From Octopus sinensis (Eukaryota), in the NCBI RefSeq assembly GCF_006345805.1, contig NC_043010.1, positions 51,646,001 through 51,710,000 of the forward strand: a stretch of DNA of 64,000 bases. Reading direction: 5' to 3'. The stretch's first letter is position 1. Each line of letters starts with the position of its first letter. Below, piece after piece: positions 22,984-37,153 of this stretch. A program made the translations under genes and the position numbers. Under the pieces are notes generated by a model. The model did not search any database. It saw only the letters and a program-made list of their open reading frames with translations, and was not told where the DNA came from.

Positions 22984-23511
22984 GTATGTGTGTGTGTGCA
23001 CACACGTATGCAAATGTCTGTCACTGTGTGTGTCTGCCTTTGTGTATGAACGTGTGTGTGCATGTACGGTGTGTGTTGTTGGTGGCGCGTGCGAGTGTGT
23101 GTGTGTGTGTGTGTGTGTGCGTGCGTGTGTATGTGTGTGGTGCACACACGTATGCAAATGTCTGTCTCTGTGTGTGTCTGCCTTTGTGTATGAACGTGGT
23201 GTGAATGTACGCGTGTGTGTGTTTGCGCGCGAGCGTGTGTGTGTGTGTGGTGTGTGTGTGTGTGTGCGTGTGTATGTGTGTGTGCACACACGTATGCACA
23301 ATGTCTGTCTCTGTGTGGCTGTCTTTGTGTATGACGTGTGTATGTGCATGTACGCGGTGTGTGTTTGCGCGTGTGTGTGCGGTGTGTGTTGCTGTGTTGT
23401 GTGTGGGCTGCGTGTGTATGTGTTGTGTGTGCACACACGTATGCAAAGTCTTCTCTGTGTGGCTGCTTTGTGTATGAACGTGTGTGTGCATGTACGCGTG
23501 TGTGTGTTTGC

Positions 23512-23551
<40 letters not shown>

Positions 23552-24074
23552 GTATGTGTGTGTGTGCACACAGTATGCAAATGTCTGTCTCTGTTGTGGC
23601 TGTCTTTGTGTATGAAGTCGTGTGTTGCATGTACGCGTGTGTGTGTTTGCGCGTGTGGTGTGTGTGGTGTGTGTGTGTGTGTGCGTGTGTTGTGGGTGTG
23701 TGCACACACGTATGCAAATGTCTGTCTCTGTGTGGCGTGTCTTTGTGTATGAAACGTGGGGGTGCATGTACGCGTGTGTGTGTTTGCGTGCGTGTGTGTG
23801 TGTGTGGTGTGTGTGTGTGTGTGTGTGTGCATGTGATGTGGTGTGTGCACACACGTATGCAAATGTCTGTCTCTGTGTGGCTGTCTTTGTGTATGAACGT
23901 GTGTGCATGTACGCGTGTGTGTGTTTGCGCGTGTGTGTGTGTGTGTGTGTGTGTGTGTTGTGTGCGTGTGTATGTGTGTGTGTGCACACACGTATGCAAA
24001 TGTCTGTCTCTGTGTGGCTGTCTTTGTGTATGAACGTGTGTGTGCATGTACGCGTGTGTGTGTTTGCGCGTGTG

Positions 24075-24108
<34 letters not shown>

Positions 24109-24206
24109 GTATGTGTGTGTGTGCACACACGTATGCAAATGTCTGTCTCTGTGTGGCTGTCTTTGTGTATGAACGTGTGTGTGCATGTACGCGTGTGTGT
24201 GTTTGC

Positions 24207-24242
<36 letters not shown>

Positions 24243-24485
24243 GTATGTGTGTGTGTGCACACACGTATGCAAATGTCTGTTCTGTGTGGCTGTCTTTGGT
24301 GTATGAACGTGTGTGTGCATGTACGCGTGTGTGTGTTTGCGCGTGTGTGTGTGTGTGGTGTGGTGTGTGTGTGGTGTGCGTGCGTGTGTATGTGTGTGTG
24401 CACACACGTATGCAAATGTCTGTCTCTGTGTGTGTCTGCCTTTGTGTATGAACGTGTGTGTGCATGTACGCGTGTGTGTGTTTGC

Positions 24486-24525
<40 letters not shown>

Positions 24526-24935
24526 GTATGTGTGTGTGTGCACACACGTATGCAAATGTCTGTCTCTGTGTGGCTGTCTTTGTGTATGAACGTGTGTATG
24601 TGCATGTGTGTCTGTGTGTGTGTGTGTCTGTGTGTGTGTGTGTGTGTGCAAATCTCTATCCCTGTGTGTCTGTCTTTGTGTATGAGAATGTGTGCTTGTG
24701 TGTGTGCGTGAGCATGTGCGCAAATGTCTGTCTGTGTGTGTGTCTACCTTTGTGCATGAACATGAGTATGTGTGTGTGTATGCAAATGTCTGTGTGTATG
24801 TACAAATGTTTGTCTCTGTGTGTATAAGCACGTGTGTGTGCGCGCGTGTGGGTGTGTACATATGTCATCTTTGTGTATGATCATGTGTGTGAGCATATGT
24901 GTGTGTGTGTGTGTGTGCACGTGTGTGTGCATGTG
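22770..24935 (+). repeat. TG-rich minisatellite, unit about 125-145 bp
   Basis: Recurring cacacacgtatgcaaatgtctgtctctgtgtggctgtctttgtgtatgaacg blocks separated by (TG)n. Confidence 0.95.
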
Positions 24936-25068
24936 TTTTGTTTGTGAAGCACTAAATGAAGGGCTTTGTAAAACAAAGGAAAAATTATTTCAAACCAAGG
25001 AGACAATAGCAATGTATTTATAATTTAATCAGAGAAGAGAGAAACAAAGAGAGAAACAAAGAGAGAAG

Positions 25069-25105
<37 letters not shown>

Positions 25106-25404
25106 TGAGATTGGGTTGTACACTTGATCTTTGTGGTGGTGGCGGTGGTGGTGGTTATGGTGGTGGTGGTGGGCCTTCTAAATTGGTGAAATTGTAGATG
25201 TTGCTGTTGTTGTTATTGTTTAATTTCAAATCATCTCTAAATGAATGCAACTAATAACAAAAGTATGATCAAACCCCACCTTTTTTATTTTCCATGTATG
25301 TAGCACCCTTCATCTACAATGGCTACAGTAACCTTTTTCAAAAGTGATCCACATGAGCCATGGCTCATATTAAGGTGGGCCATGCAACTAAAAAATATCC
25401 ACAG

Positions 25405-25910
25405 TACCGTAAACCCTCGAGTATAATCCGCATCTTTTTCCCCCAAATTTAAAGGTCAAAATCCCTAGTGCATACTATATACGAGGTTAAAAATGAAAAA
25501 TATTTTCTGAGCAATGTCCGAGTCTCTATTCAGACGCATTTTCTGATGTCGGGCACGAAAATACCTTAAGCTAAGCCTGAAAGCAATGAAGTCATAAAAA
25601 AATCATCCATAACTTGCAGTAAGCAACATTTATTAAAATAAAAGTATTCAGAACACAGAATAACATGTAACAAAAACAATTTGCAAACATATTTACATTC
25701 CCATATAACAGTTAAGAACATCACCATTATTGTATTACGCATGCACGGAAGTTTTTGTTCGACTAGGTGCTGTTGGTTTAATTATGCACGACTCAAGTTA
25801 GAGAAGGGGTGCGTATTATACACAAGGTTTAGGTTTTTCAGCAGTACATCCCCCTAAAAGTTCCATGTGTATTATACTCAAGGGCGGACTATACTTAAGG
25901 ATTTACGGTA
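25405..25910. mobile_element. pogo/Tc1-mariner-type MITE
   Basis: TA-CCGTAAACCCTCGAG ... AAGGATTTACGG-TA TIRs; inverted homologue at 31644-32159. Confidence 0.8.
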
Positions 25911-26198
25911 ATTTTTCATTAGACATGCCATTCATAAAGTCTCATGGGCCATAGCTTGCTCATGACTGATCTACATTATCCAATATATCTGGGTCATTTT
26001 GCATTTTCTTTCTTTAAGATCTTAATGTATCATGCAAAGGAAGTTTAGCTGTATTTTCTAGCTGATCAAATGACCACATAGCAACTTCCTCATCAGCTTA
26101 TTCATGTTGTTGTTGCGGTGGTACAGCCCTCAAGTCAGTGCTGATTGTATTCATGCCTTTCAAATGTCTCCATACAACCCACACCTGTCGTCCTAAGC

Positions 26199-26503
26199 AC
26201 ATGGCTCAGTGGTTAAAGCATCAGGCTCACAATCAAGAGATAGTGAGTTCAGTTCCCAGACCAGGCTGTGTGTTGTGTTCTTAAGCAAGACACTTTATTT
26301 CACATTACTCCATTTCACTCAGCTGTAGGAATGAGCTGTGACATCACTGGTATCAAGCTGTATCAGTGTTTACCTTTCCCTTGGATAACATCGGTGGCAC
26401 AGAAAGGGGAGGCTGTTATACATGGACGAAGGCTGCACTTCCATAAACAACCTTGCCTTGATTTGTACCTTGGAGGGTAACTTTCTAGGAGGTCTTTACC
26501 CTT
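26199..26503 (+). mobile_element. tRNA-derived SINE, family C
   Basis: catggctcagtggtt...gagttc head; homologous to 33581, 37436 and 51199. Confidence 0.8.
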
Positions 26504-26554
26504 CTTATCCACATGCATCATGTCCTGTTTGCCTGTTCAAGTGATATGGACCAT

Positions 26555-26857
26555 CAAGTTACTATGTTCCTTCTCGAGCCATGCCTGGCTCATAAGGGCC
26601 GGTTTCCCTGCTTCCTTAGCGTATAGGTTCCCCACCTGGACGGGACGCTGGTCCGTCGCAGGTGAGCTGCAAGATTCAGGAGGAAAGAGTGAGAGAAAAT
26701 TGTGGCGAAAGAGTAAACAGAAGTTCTCCATTACCTTCTGCCGGAGCTGCATGAAGCTTAGGTGTTTCGCTCATAAACACACACATCGCCCGGTCTGAGA
26801 TTCAAACCTGCGATCCCTCGACCGCGAGTCCACTGCTCTAACCACTAGGCCATGTGC
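26555..26857 (-). mobile_element. tRNA-derived SINE (family A-type head, different body)
   Basis: Minus strand begins gcacatggcctagtggttagagcagtggactcgcggtcgagggatcgcaggtttgaatc. Confidence 0.7.
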
Positions 26858-27145
26858 TTCCACACTGAGGATCATTAAGTCATCCTGGCTGAAGGTTGAT
26901 TGATGACTTGTGTGGTGACTTCGTCCATGGTCATCTTTAATCCAGTAGCCAGGCCAGATCAAGACAATTGGGGAGGATGATGGATGCTGTGAATGACTGC
27001 ATCTTACTCTCTGTACACCACAATGCATTGCTGCTGCCACCTTCCTCTCCTTTGAACCAAGAAGGTTTCTTCCACACAGAGTTCACCAGATCTGGTCTTC
27101 ACATGCAAGCCTTAACTCACCAACAATTACCCATTGGCTATCCTA

Positions 27146-27345
27146 GCGAGCTGGCAGAAATGTTAGCATGCCGGGCGAAATGCTTAGTGGTATTTCGTCT
27201 GCCATTATGTTCTGAGTTCAAATTCCGCCAAAGTCGACTTTGTCTTTCATCCTTTCGGGGCGGATTAAATAATTACCAGTTACGCACTGGGATTCCCTTT
27301 GTTTGTCCCCTCTATGTTTAGCCCCTTGTGGGCAATAAGGAAATA
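27146..27345 (+). mobile_element. SINE family B
   Basis: gagctggcagaaatgttagc...ttcaaattccgcc...gccccttgtgggcaataa; many copies in the window. Confidence 0.8.
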
Positions 27346-27677
27346 TCCTTAACTGGTTTAGTCCATCAGTTGAAGTGGTTTCCAGGGGTGTGACCACGAT
27401 TGCATGGAAACAGCTACTTACACCCACAGGTGAGCATCAGCTGTCAGATGGAGGCCAAAGTGGATGAATCACTCCTAAAAGTACCACATGATCCCTCATC
27501 AAATGTGAAACCCTTCCCTGACATCCCATCACTCCTGCTACACCATGTTACTGTCTATATGAAGACCATTGTGTACATCCTCCTAACATGTAGTGGTTTA
27601 TCATGTGGAGGGGTGCAGTGTGGAAGGCTAAAAATTTACTTGTTTTAGAACACTGTATCTATGTTAGTATTTTCATT

Positions 27678-27877
27678 AGGCATAGGAGTGGCTGTGTGGT
27701 AACTAGCTTGCTTACCAGCCACATGGTTCTGAGTTCAGTTCCACAGCGTGGAACCTTGGGCATGTGTCTTCTACTATAGCTGCGGGCCGACCAAAGCCTT
27801 GTGAGTAGATTTGGTAGAGCAAAACTGAAAAAAGCCCGTTGTATATGTGCATATATATGTATATATGTGTATATATG

Positions 27878-27930
<53 letters not shown>

Positions 27931-28148
27931 TGTGTGTTTGTGTGTCTGTGTTTGTCCTCCCAACATCGCTTGACAACTGATGCTAGTGTGTTTACATCCT
28001 TGTAACTTAGCAGTTCAGCAAAAGAGACTGATAAAATAAGTACTAGACATCCAAAGAATAAGTCTTGGGGTCAATTTGCTTGACTAAAGGCGGTGCTCCA
28101 GCATGGCCACAGTCACATGACTGAAACAAGTAAAAGAGTAAAAGAGAG
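27678..28148 (+). mobile_element. SINE family N
   Basis: Full head-to-tail homology to 19800-20226. Confidence 0.85.
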
Positions 28149-28212
28149 AGTACCAATAAATTCCTCTCTCTCCACCTTGAAAATGGAGGCCAGATTTACC
28201 TTATGTTCATAT

Positions 28213-28572
28213 GTGGAGGCGCAATGGCCCAGTGGTTAGGGCAGCGGACTCGTGGTCATAGGATCGTTGTGAGTGTTTATTGAGCGAAAACACCTAAAGC
28301 TCCACGAGGCTCCGGCAGGGGATGGTGGTGATCCCTGCTGTACTTTTTCACCACAACTTTCTCTCACTCTTACTTCCTGTTTCTGTTGTACCTGTATTTC
28401 AAAGGGTCGGCCTTGTCACTCTCTGTGTCACGCTGAATATCCCCGAGAACTACGTTAAGGGTATGCGTGTCTGTGGAGTGCTCAGCCACTTACACGTTAA
28501 TTTCACGAGCAGGCTGTTCCGTTGATTCGGATCAACCGGAACCCTCGTCGTCGTAACCGACGGAGTGCTTCC
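28213..28572 (+). mobile_element. SINE family A with target-site duplication
   Basis: Flanked on both sides by tatgttcatat (28202 and 28574). Confidence 0.9.
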
Positions 28573-28832
28573 CTATGTTCATATGCAGCCATTATTGGTT
28601 GCATATCCTTGACATTTTGTGAACTACACCTGCCAAGATTATTACTTAATTCTGAGCTCCCAGAAACAGCTGTCAGACCTGTAATACCATACCTTCTCCC
28701 CTTAGTTTTCTTTATGTCTTTGTACACAATGTAAATCTGCTCTGTTAATATATATAAATATTTATATATTTATACATAAATGTTCATCTTCTGAATATTC
28801 TCAGTTTCTGTCTCTCTCTGTTTAAATGTATA

Positions 28833-29247
28833 CTCTTTTACTCTTTTCTCTCTTTTACTTGTTTCAGTCATGTGACTGTGGCCATGCTGGAGCACCGCCT
28901 TTTAGTCGAACAAATCGACCCCAGGACTTATTCTTTGTAAGCCTAGTACTTAATCTGTCTCTTTTTGCCGAACCGCTAAGTTACGGGGACGTAAACACAC
29001 CACCATCGGTTGTCAAGCGATGATCGGGGGACAAACACAGACAAACACACACACACACATATATATATATACATGTACATATATACGACGGGCTTCTTTA
29101 AGTTTCCGTCTACCAAATCCACTCACAAGGCTTTGGTAGGCCCGAGGCTATAGTAGAAGACACTCACCCAAGGTGCCACGCAGTGGGACTGAACCCGGAA
29201 CCATGTGGTTCGTAAGCAAGCTACTTACCACACAGCCACTCCTGCCC
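28833..29247 (-). mobile_element. SINE family N
   Basis: Homologous to 4516-4920. Confidence 0.85.
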
Positions 29248-29481
29248 CTGTATGTGTATGCATTTTATATATCTAGCTCAAGCAGCTTATTTTGTTTATT
29301 TGCATCATTATCTCCATATCCGCTCACCAGAATTCCCCTTACAACCAGTCTTTTCCCTTGTGGACTTGGTCCTCAGTAAAGGTTTCAGAGTGTAAGTTCA
29401 AATCATTTGACCTTTGCTAAGTGTTTTCTATATTGAGAATCTCTGGACCTCGTCTGTTGACTACACACTGACACATACACA

Positions 29482-29522
<41 letters not shown>

Positions 29523-30139
29523 ACACAAGCACACACACACACATACACACACACACAAATACACACACACACACACACACACGCATGCATGCATACATAC
29601 ACAAACACATACATATCACAGTATCAACCAGACCATAAGCTGCTATTGTACATCACTGGCCACAATGCGCTTTCAATTTTGTCATGATTGCATCATTCTT
29701 TTCCATCTTGACCCAAAAGGCTTAACTATATCTTCTTCCAATTACCATACATGCCTTCAAAGTGGCCTTTTCTGATCTCTTGGCTATCACTCAGCTACTG
29801 CATGGGTCACTTTCTAGGTGCAAATCCAAGGTCATTCATGACCAGAGGGGGTGTTTATTTTATGTATGTCTGTATGTATATACATATGAATATCAATAAT
29901 ACAGTAATTGTTTCTTATCAGGAACAAAATGTTTAATAGGACTGCGATAGAAGTGCTCAATTAAATGAGACAAATATATTAAACTGTGGTTTCCCTTATC
30001 TGAAAAGTAATTTTTAATCGGAAAAAAGGTTTAAACGATGAACTTTTATCTGACCTTATATATTATATATTACTTATTTATATGCTTCCTATATTTATAT
30101 ATGTATTTTTATATATCTATATATTTATAATAATAATAA

Positions 30140-30400
30140 AATAATAATAATAATTGTGTACAGTGCTCAGGTGCACTACAACTCATCTAAAGTGTATATA
30201 TAATCAGGTGTAGTTTCGGCGGATTTCGGAAAGCATGAGGGCCTTAAAGGATGCAGTGTCATGGCAGTCAACAACTGACGCAGGCAGTTTATTCCATGCT
30301 TCAGCAACTCTGAGCGTGAAAAAATGTTTCCGAAAGTCATGGGAGCTGTGTTGTTTTCTGACTTTGTAGGCATGTCCACGTGTGTTAGACACATGGAGAT
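30140..30400 (-). mobile_element. CR1-type LINE 3' end
   Basis: SNTRGHAYKVRKQHSSHDFRKHFFTLRVAEAWNKLPASVV...HYT*. Confidence 0.85.
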
Positions 30401-30972
30401 CATTACTTATATTTTTATTATTCTAGGTGTTGTAATGTTTTTAAAAAAATATATATTTCTTAATCGCTAAAGTATTAATCGTTAACTTTTAACCGAGATG
30501 AACTGTATTCAAGCATTTTTCTTGTATTTTCTTATATATTTGCACTGATGAGTTGTGTTTCATCTTCCGTGATGTTATACATGTATATTCTATGTGAAAG
30601 AAAAAGCATTATGTGATTAAATGTTCGAGATATGAAATGTTACGTGGATGACCTTGTATTTGTTTGTTCTGCAACCACAGTTTAATATACATATGAATAT
30701 ATATGTGCATTGGAGACACGTGGCTAAGTGGCTGGAGCCTCATCATCATAAGATTGTGATTCCTGGACTGGGTACCACATTGTGTTCTTGAGCAAGACAC
30801 TTCATTTCACATTGCTTCTGTCTACTCAACCAGCAAAAATGAGTTACCCTGTGATGGACTAGCATCCCATTCAGGTGGGGTATATATGTGCCTTGAAACC
30901 AGGAAACCAACACTTATGAGAAGGTATCTTTGCCTTTGCTTTTATATACATGTGTGTGAGTATATATATATT

Positions 30973-31190
30973 TCTTTATTACCCACAAGGGGCTAAACAT
31001 AGAGGGGACAAACAAAGACAGACAAAGGGATTAAGTCGATTACATCGACCCCAGTGCGTAACCGGTACTTTATTTTTCGACCCCGAAAGGATGAAAGGCA
31101 AAGTCGACCTTGGCGGAATTTGAACTCGGAACGTAACGACAGACGAAATACGGCTATGCTTTTTGCCTGGCGTGCTAACGTTTCTGCCAT
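30973..31190 (-). mobile_element. SINE family B
   Basis: Reverse complement of the 49028-49262 type. Confidence 0.8.
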
Positions 31191-31643
31191 GTGAGTATAT
31201 ATATGAGAGCAACATTCATTACTTCTTAGAATTCCTCTTCCTCAGTCTCCTTTTCTTTCAACTGCTTTTATCAGTCATGTTCATCACAAGCACTTAACTG
31301 TGGAGTCTTCTTTATTGCACACTTCATCTTATATCCTCTTATACCCAGTTTCCTCCAAGCTGATTTACCATAAATCCTCGAGTATAGTCCACCCTTGAGT
31401 ATAATACGCATGGGATTTTTAGGGGGCTGTACCTTTGAAAAACCTAAAGCTTGTGTATAAACCTAAGCCTTGTGTCCAACAAACTGTCCTATCTTTTCCT
31501 ATGTCTGTTGATGTTATTTTGAAGGGAGGTGATCCATTTTGGCTCAGTATTAACTTTGGATTAGTCTCTTTGACTCCCATCAATTGGTGCACAGTTATTT
31601 CATACAATACAGCAGGACAAAAGCAGAGAGTTTGAATTTGAGT

Positions 31644-32159
31644 TACCGTAAATCCTCGAGTATAGTCTGCCCTTGAGTATAATACGCAGGGGATTTTTAG
31701 GAGGCTGTACCTCTGAAAAACCTAAACCTTGTGTATAATATGCACCCCTTCTCAAACTTTAGTCAAGGAGGTCTATACAACGACCTTGGTTTGTAAAAAT
31801 GAATACAGTAACATCCTTTATTATTATTGTATATATAACATAATGCAAACGTGTAGCTTTTTTGTGCATTTTGTTTGCAGAAAATAAAGAAATAACAATA
31901 ATAACATTTAATAAATGTGGCTTACTGCAAGTTATGGATGATTCTTTTATGACTTCATTGCTTTCAGGCTTAGCTTAAGGTATTTTCACGCCTGACATCA
32001 CAAAATGCGTCTGAATAAATATTACCGGACAGCAAATAGAGACTCGGACATTGCTTAGAAAATAATTTTCATTTTTAAGCTCGTATAAAGTACGCACTAG
32101 GGATTTTGATCTTTAGATTTTGGGAATAAAATGCGGATTATACTCGAAGATTTACGGTA
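31644..32159. mobile_element. pogo/Tc1-mariner-type MITE (partial extra terminus at 31366-31460)
   Basis: TACCGTAAATCCTCGAG ... CTCGAAGATTTACGGTA. Confidence 0.8.
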
Positions 32160-32661
32160 TGTACTGTTGTTCATGCACACAGACGTTAATCAAGCAGACC
32201 ATATTCGTTGCCTTTCTTTTCAGTCTTTGCATATTTTTTCACGATCAGTGGCTATGTTTCACTGGCATGCAATGTTCACTCCATTCGGGGTTCAATCCTA
32301 CAGTGTGGATCCTTGGAAAATATCTTCTGCTATACACTCCATGGTGACCAAAGCCTTGTACAAGTGGATTTAGTAGAAGGAAACTGAGAAACCGAAAGAA
32401 GTCCAGTAGAGACATGGGGTTCTGAAAACATAGTAGCCAAAGTAAGAATGAGATGGAGAAAGACCAGGGAGCTAATCCCTTTTTCTGGCAATAAAAGTAT
32501 TCATTCTTCTAGTAAAGGTTATATTGCATGATGATTGTGTCATCATCTTCATCGTCATTTTAATGTCTACTTTTCCATGCATGCCCAGCTCAGAAGGAAT
32601 TCCTTGAAGTAGATTCTCTACACTTGTTTTGAAGCAAGGTAGCATTTCCCCATGACTCACT

Positions 32662-33082
32662 TTACTCTCGTTTACTCATTTACTTGTTTCAGTCATTTGA
32701 CTGTGGCCATGCTGGAGCACTGCTTTTAGTCGAGCAAACCGATCTCAGGACTTATTCTTTGTAAGCCTAGTACTTATTCTATTGGTCTCTTTTGCTGAAT
32801 CGCTAAGTTACGGGGACGTAAACACACCAGCATCGGTTGTCAAGCGATGTCGGGGGGACAAACACAAAGACACAAGCACGCACACAGACACAAGCACACA
32901 CACAGACACAAGCACACACACATACATATATACGACGGGCTTCTTTCAGTTTCCATCTACCAAATCCACTCACAAGGCTTTGGTCGGCCTGAGGCTATAG
33001 TAAAAGACACTTGACCAAGGTGCCACACAGTGGGACTGAACCTGGAACCATGTGGTTGGTAAGCACACAGCCACTCATTCGC
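32662..33082 (-). mobile_element. SINE family N
   Basis: Homologous to 4516-4920. Confidence 0.8.
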
Positions 33083-33580
33083 CACTCCTGACTGGACATG
33101 TTCTCGTAGAAGTCTGGAAACAAATGATATCACTTGTGTGTAAGTGGCACTCATGCTTGTGGTATGTAAAAAGCACCCAATACACTCTTGGAGTGGTTGG
33201 TGTTAGGAAGGGCATCCAGCCATAGAAACCTTACCAAATTGGACTGGAACTTGGTGCAGCTCCCTGGCTTACCAGTTTTCAGTCAAATCGTTCAACCCAA
33301 GCCAGTATGGAAGGCAGATATTAAATGATAATGATAATGATAAATAAATAAGCAACAGATGATGGATAAATGTCATTTATCTGTCATCTGTTGGTTATCT
33401 ATTTATTTGGTTATAATACACCAAAAGGCATCTACGACCCATTGGACATCCTACAGTATATCAAACACTGTTTGATCAAAACAGTGTGTGCTTTGGACCA
33501 GCTCCTAGGTGATAAATACTCTTGATGGTTGAATCCTCTGTGTGCACAACCTGAATATTTTGTTGCATGTACTTTAGTAC

Positions 33581-33908
33581 CCAGTGGTTTGAGCGTCGAG
33601 CTTATGATCGTGAGGTTGTGAGTTCGAATCCCGGACTGGGCTGCGTGTTGTGTTCTTGAGCAAGACACTTTATTTCACGTTGCTCCAGTTCACTCAGCTG
33701 TAGAAATGAGTTGCGATGTCACAGGTGCCAAGCTGTATTGGCCGTTGCCTTTCCCTTGGATAACATCAGTGGTGTGGAGAAGGGAGACCGGTATGCATGG
33801 GCGACTGCTGGTCTTCCATAAACAACCTTGCCCGGACTTGTGCCTGGGGTGGGGGGGATAACTTTCTAGGCACAATCTCATGGCCAGTCATGACTAAAGG
33901 GGGTCTCA
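33581..33908 (+). mobile_element. SINE family C
   Basis: ccagtggtttgagcgtcgagc...gttcgaatcccggac head. Confidence 0.8.
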
Positions 33909-34134
33909 ATATTTATCTAACTAAAGGTGTTGCTTACAGGTTAATTCAACCCAACCTAGTGTATATCATTTGAGTACCCAATTCTCTCCAAAATCCTTAA
34001 TATTTATCATCATCATCATTATCATCATTTAACACCTGCTTTCCATAATGGTATGGGTTGAACAGTTTGACTGAGGATTGGCAAGCCAGTAGGCTACACC
34101 AGGCTCCAGTCAGATCTGGCAAGGTCTCTTATTT

Positions 34135-34361
34135 CTTTATTGCCCACAAGGGGCTAAACATAGAGGGGACAAACAAGGATAGGCAAAGGGATTAAGTTGA
34201 TCACATCGACCCCCAGTGCATAACTGGTACTTATTTAATCGATCGCTAAGGGATGAAACGCAAAGTCGACCTCGGCAGAATTTGAACTCAGAATGTAGCG
34301 GCAGACAAAATACCGCTAGTCATTTCATCCGGTGTGCTAATGTTTCTGCCAGCTCACTGCC
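34135..34361 (-). mobile_element. SINE family B
   Basis: Homologous to 30973-31190. Confidence 0.8.
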
Positions 34362-35135
34362 TTTTTCTGGCAAGGTTTCTACAGCTGGATGCCCTTTCTA
34401 ACGCCAACCACTCCAAGAATGTAGTGGGTGCTTTTTACATGCTACTGGCAGTCAGGGGTCACTGGCACTGACCATATTTGGACGATGCTTTTTACATGCC
34501 ACCAGCTCAGGAGCCAGTCAGGCAGAACAGATCTCAGTCTCTTGTCATTGCCTCTGTGAGGCTCAATGTTCAAAGATCATGCTTCACCACCTCATCCCAT
34601 GTTTTCCTGGGTCTATCTCTTCTACAGGCTCCTTCCACTGTTAGGGTGTGACACTTTTTCACACAGCTGTCCTCATCCATATGCAACACATGACCATACC
34701 AGCGCAGTCGTCTCTTTTCTACACTACATATGATGCTTCTTATGTCCAACTTTTCTCTCAAGGTACTTACACTCTGTTAAGTATGCACACAGACATTACA
34801 CACCCAGTAGATCATACCAGCTTCATTTCTTTCAAGCCTACACATCTCCTCAGCAGTCATGGCCCATGTTTCGCTGCTGTGTAGCATGGCAGTGCGCACA
34901 CATGCGTCATACAGTTTACCTTTTACTCTAAGTGAGGGGGCCTTTGTTGCCAGCAAAGGTAGGAGCTTTCTGAACTTTGACCAGGCTATTCTTATTCTAG
35001 CAGCTACACTTTCAGACTTGGTTGCCTAGGTAGTGTAAGCTATCAACGACTTCTAGTTTTCCTCTTGGCATGTGATGGAATCTGTTTTCTGTACAGTTTT
35101 GGTGTTTATTGTCCCAGTGCATCTGCCACGCACAA
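34362..35135 (-). mobile_element. RTE 3' fragment (ORF end plus short 3' UTR)
   Basis: REKLDIRSIICSVEKRRLRWYGHVLHMDEDSCVKKCHTLTVEG...RPRKTWDEVVKHDL. Confidence 0.85.
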
Positions 35136-36144
35136 AAACTATATTCCTAATGAGTTGCAACATCCCTGGTGCCAAGCTGTATCAGCCTTTGCCTTTCCCT
35201 TGGATAACATCAGAGATGTGGAGAGGCAGGGCTAGTATGCATGGCTGACTACTGGGTTCCCATAAGCAATCTTGCTTATATTTTCATTTACCCAAAGACA
35301 GGTACTTTTCATCCCCCACCCCTCATATGTAACATTGATACAATTGTTCTGCTATGGATGACGATGACTGCCATCAATACTATCATATGTAACAGTGACT
35401 ACTGTTTGTGATGTAATATGGGAGAATGACTACTGTTAGTGCTAGCATACGATATTTATAGCAGGAGTTCAATGACACCGTGTAACAATTTTTTTTTTTG
35501 TCTTAGGTCAGTAAGTGATATTTCCAATATGTTTCTATTTAGATTTCAAAGGATATCACTGCTATTCCTTTTAAACTATGCTTTTGCCACTTGGACATCA
35601 ATGTTTTCAAACTGACCTATTTTTAATTACATTTCATACAGATTTCCCATTGAATTGTTGAAGCAGAAATATCGTTTTAACAAATATTCGGCTCACTACC
35701 ACAGATCTGCTTGTCAGTTGCTTGATCTTAGCCACTTGAGCATGTCTGCATTATTGCAAAATAATTTGTGCTACATTGTCAGGTGAAAGAAAGTCTTTGT
35801 TAAATATTTCTGTTAAATATTTCTGTCATTTATGACTTTATACACTCCTTATCCTTTTCTCTCATATATTACTATATATTTCTTTATATGGTTTGTAGAA
35901 TGATACATTAAGGAGCTTTTTTATGAGTACTACCAGATTATTTGAATCCATATATTGTGGCTTAAATATATATATATATATCACTGTCCATAGCACTTAC
36001 TCAGCATTACCTGACACCTTTGGGTCTTCTTGACACCACTACTTCTCATAACCTATATATATATATGTGTATATATATATAAATCCGAATTGATAGAATA
36101 GAACAAGTCTGTCACTGTTTGAGTTGCCTAATAGTGGTTTTATC

Positions 36145-36187
<43 letters not shown>

Positions 36188-36396
36188 ATTATTATTATTA
36201 TCATCGTTTCTTAAATATAGCCATGAAACACATGTCATTATTCTACCAAATATATACATTATATTTTATTTTGCACATTACTTAATCAATTTTATATGTT
36301 TTATCTTATATTTTAATCTTTCTATAAGATGTATTTTTTCTAAATGGTATAATTTAATTTTTCATTATTGAATTGATGAAAGGTGGTTTTTCTCTA

Positions 36397-36454
<58 letters not shown>

Positions 36455-36879
36455 CATATATATATAAAATGAATATTATTCTCAGAATTTTCTTTGGCAA
36501 CACTACAGGACATTGGAAAGCAGAAACGACTGTTAGACGGGATAAAGCTTTGTATTAAAAACATAATAATCAATAGTAGTCAATTTGTTGTTGATCAAGA
36601 TTTTTCCATTTCCTGCTTAATTTAAATTTGATTCCTGATAAATTCTTGTTTATCTTTGTTATTGCCTGAATCCTATGAGCATAATATGCTTGCATATGTA
36701 TGCCCAGGGTTAACATTGGTAATTTATACCAGTAGTAAAATGGATACACAGTTATTCTAACCACTAACTCTATTAATCTTATACATATACACATATATAT
36801 ATATTGCCATGTTGATTTGCTAGCGTCTGCACGCATTTTTTTTCTCTCCTTGTTTCTTTCCGTGTTTCTTTTCTGTGTA

Positions 36880-36917
36880 TCTTTCTGTTGAAGAGCGTAG
36901 GCTCGAAATGTAAAAGA
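36880..36917 (+). ncRNA. Minimal hammerhead-like motif, GAGC-GTAG-GCTC family
   Basis: TCTTT-CTGTTGA-A-GAGC(GTAG)GCTC-GAAAT-GTA|AAAGA. Confidence 0.55.
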
Positions 36918-37107
36918 CTTGTTTTATTTATATTCCTGAGTGCCATACTAATACAATTTTTTGTTTGTATTCCACCTGCTTTCATCTTTTGTTTATTTTC
37001 ATAAAGCTTCCCTATATATATATATATTATATGTATGTATATATAAAATTAACAGAATGAGATAAAAATCCAAGGCTGTGAAAGATTTTAGAACATTTAT
37101 AAAGAGG

Positions 37108-37153
37108 TCTCACAGGTGTTTGAGGTATATTTTATATATCCCTTCATCAGAGA
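37108..37153 (-). ncRNA. Degenerate hammerhead motif
   Basis: TCT-CTGATGA-AGG...CCT-CAAAC-ACCT-GTG-AGA; G12 and the cleavage-site base are altered. Confidence 0.4.

Noticed and set aside
22705-24861. 718-aa His/Thr and Cys/Val ORFs
   Set aside because: TG/CA minisatellite; open in nearly all frames, with no splice or start context.
26040-26098. CTGATGA motifs at 26090 (-), 41391, 30546, 58924 and 12425
   Set aside because: No correctly spaced stem II, GAAA and stem III; the 12425 hit is the RT YADD codons.
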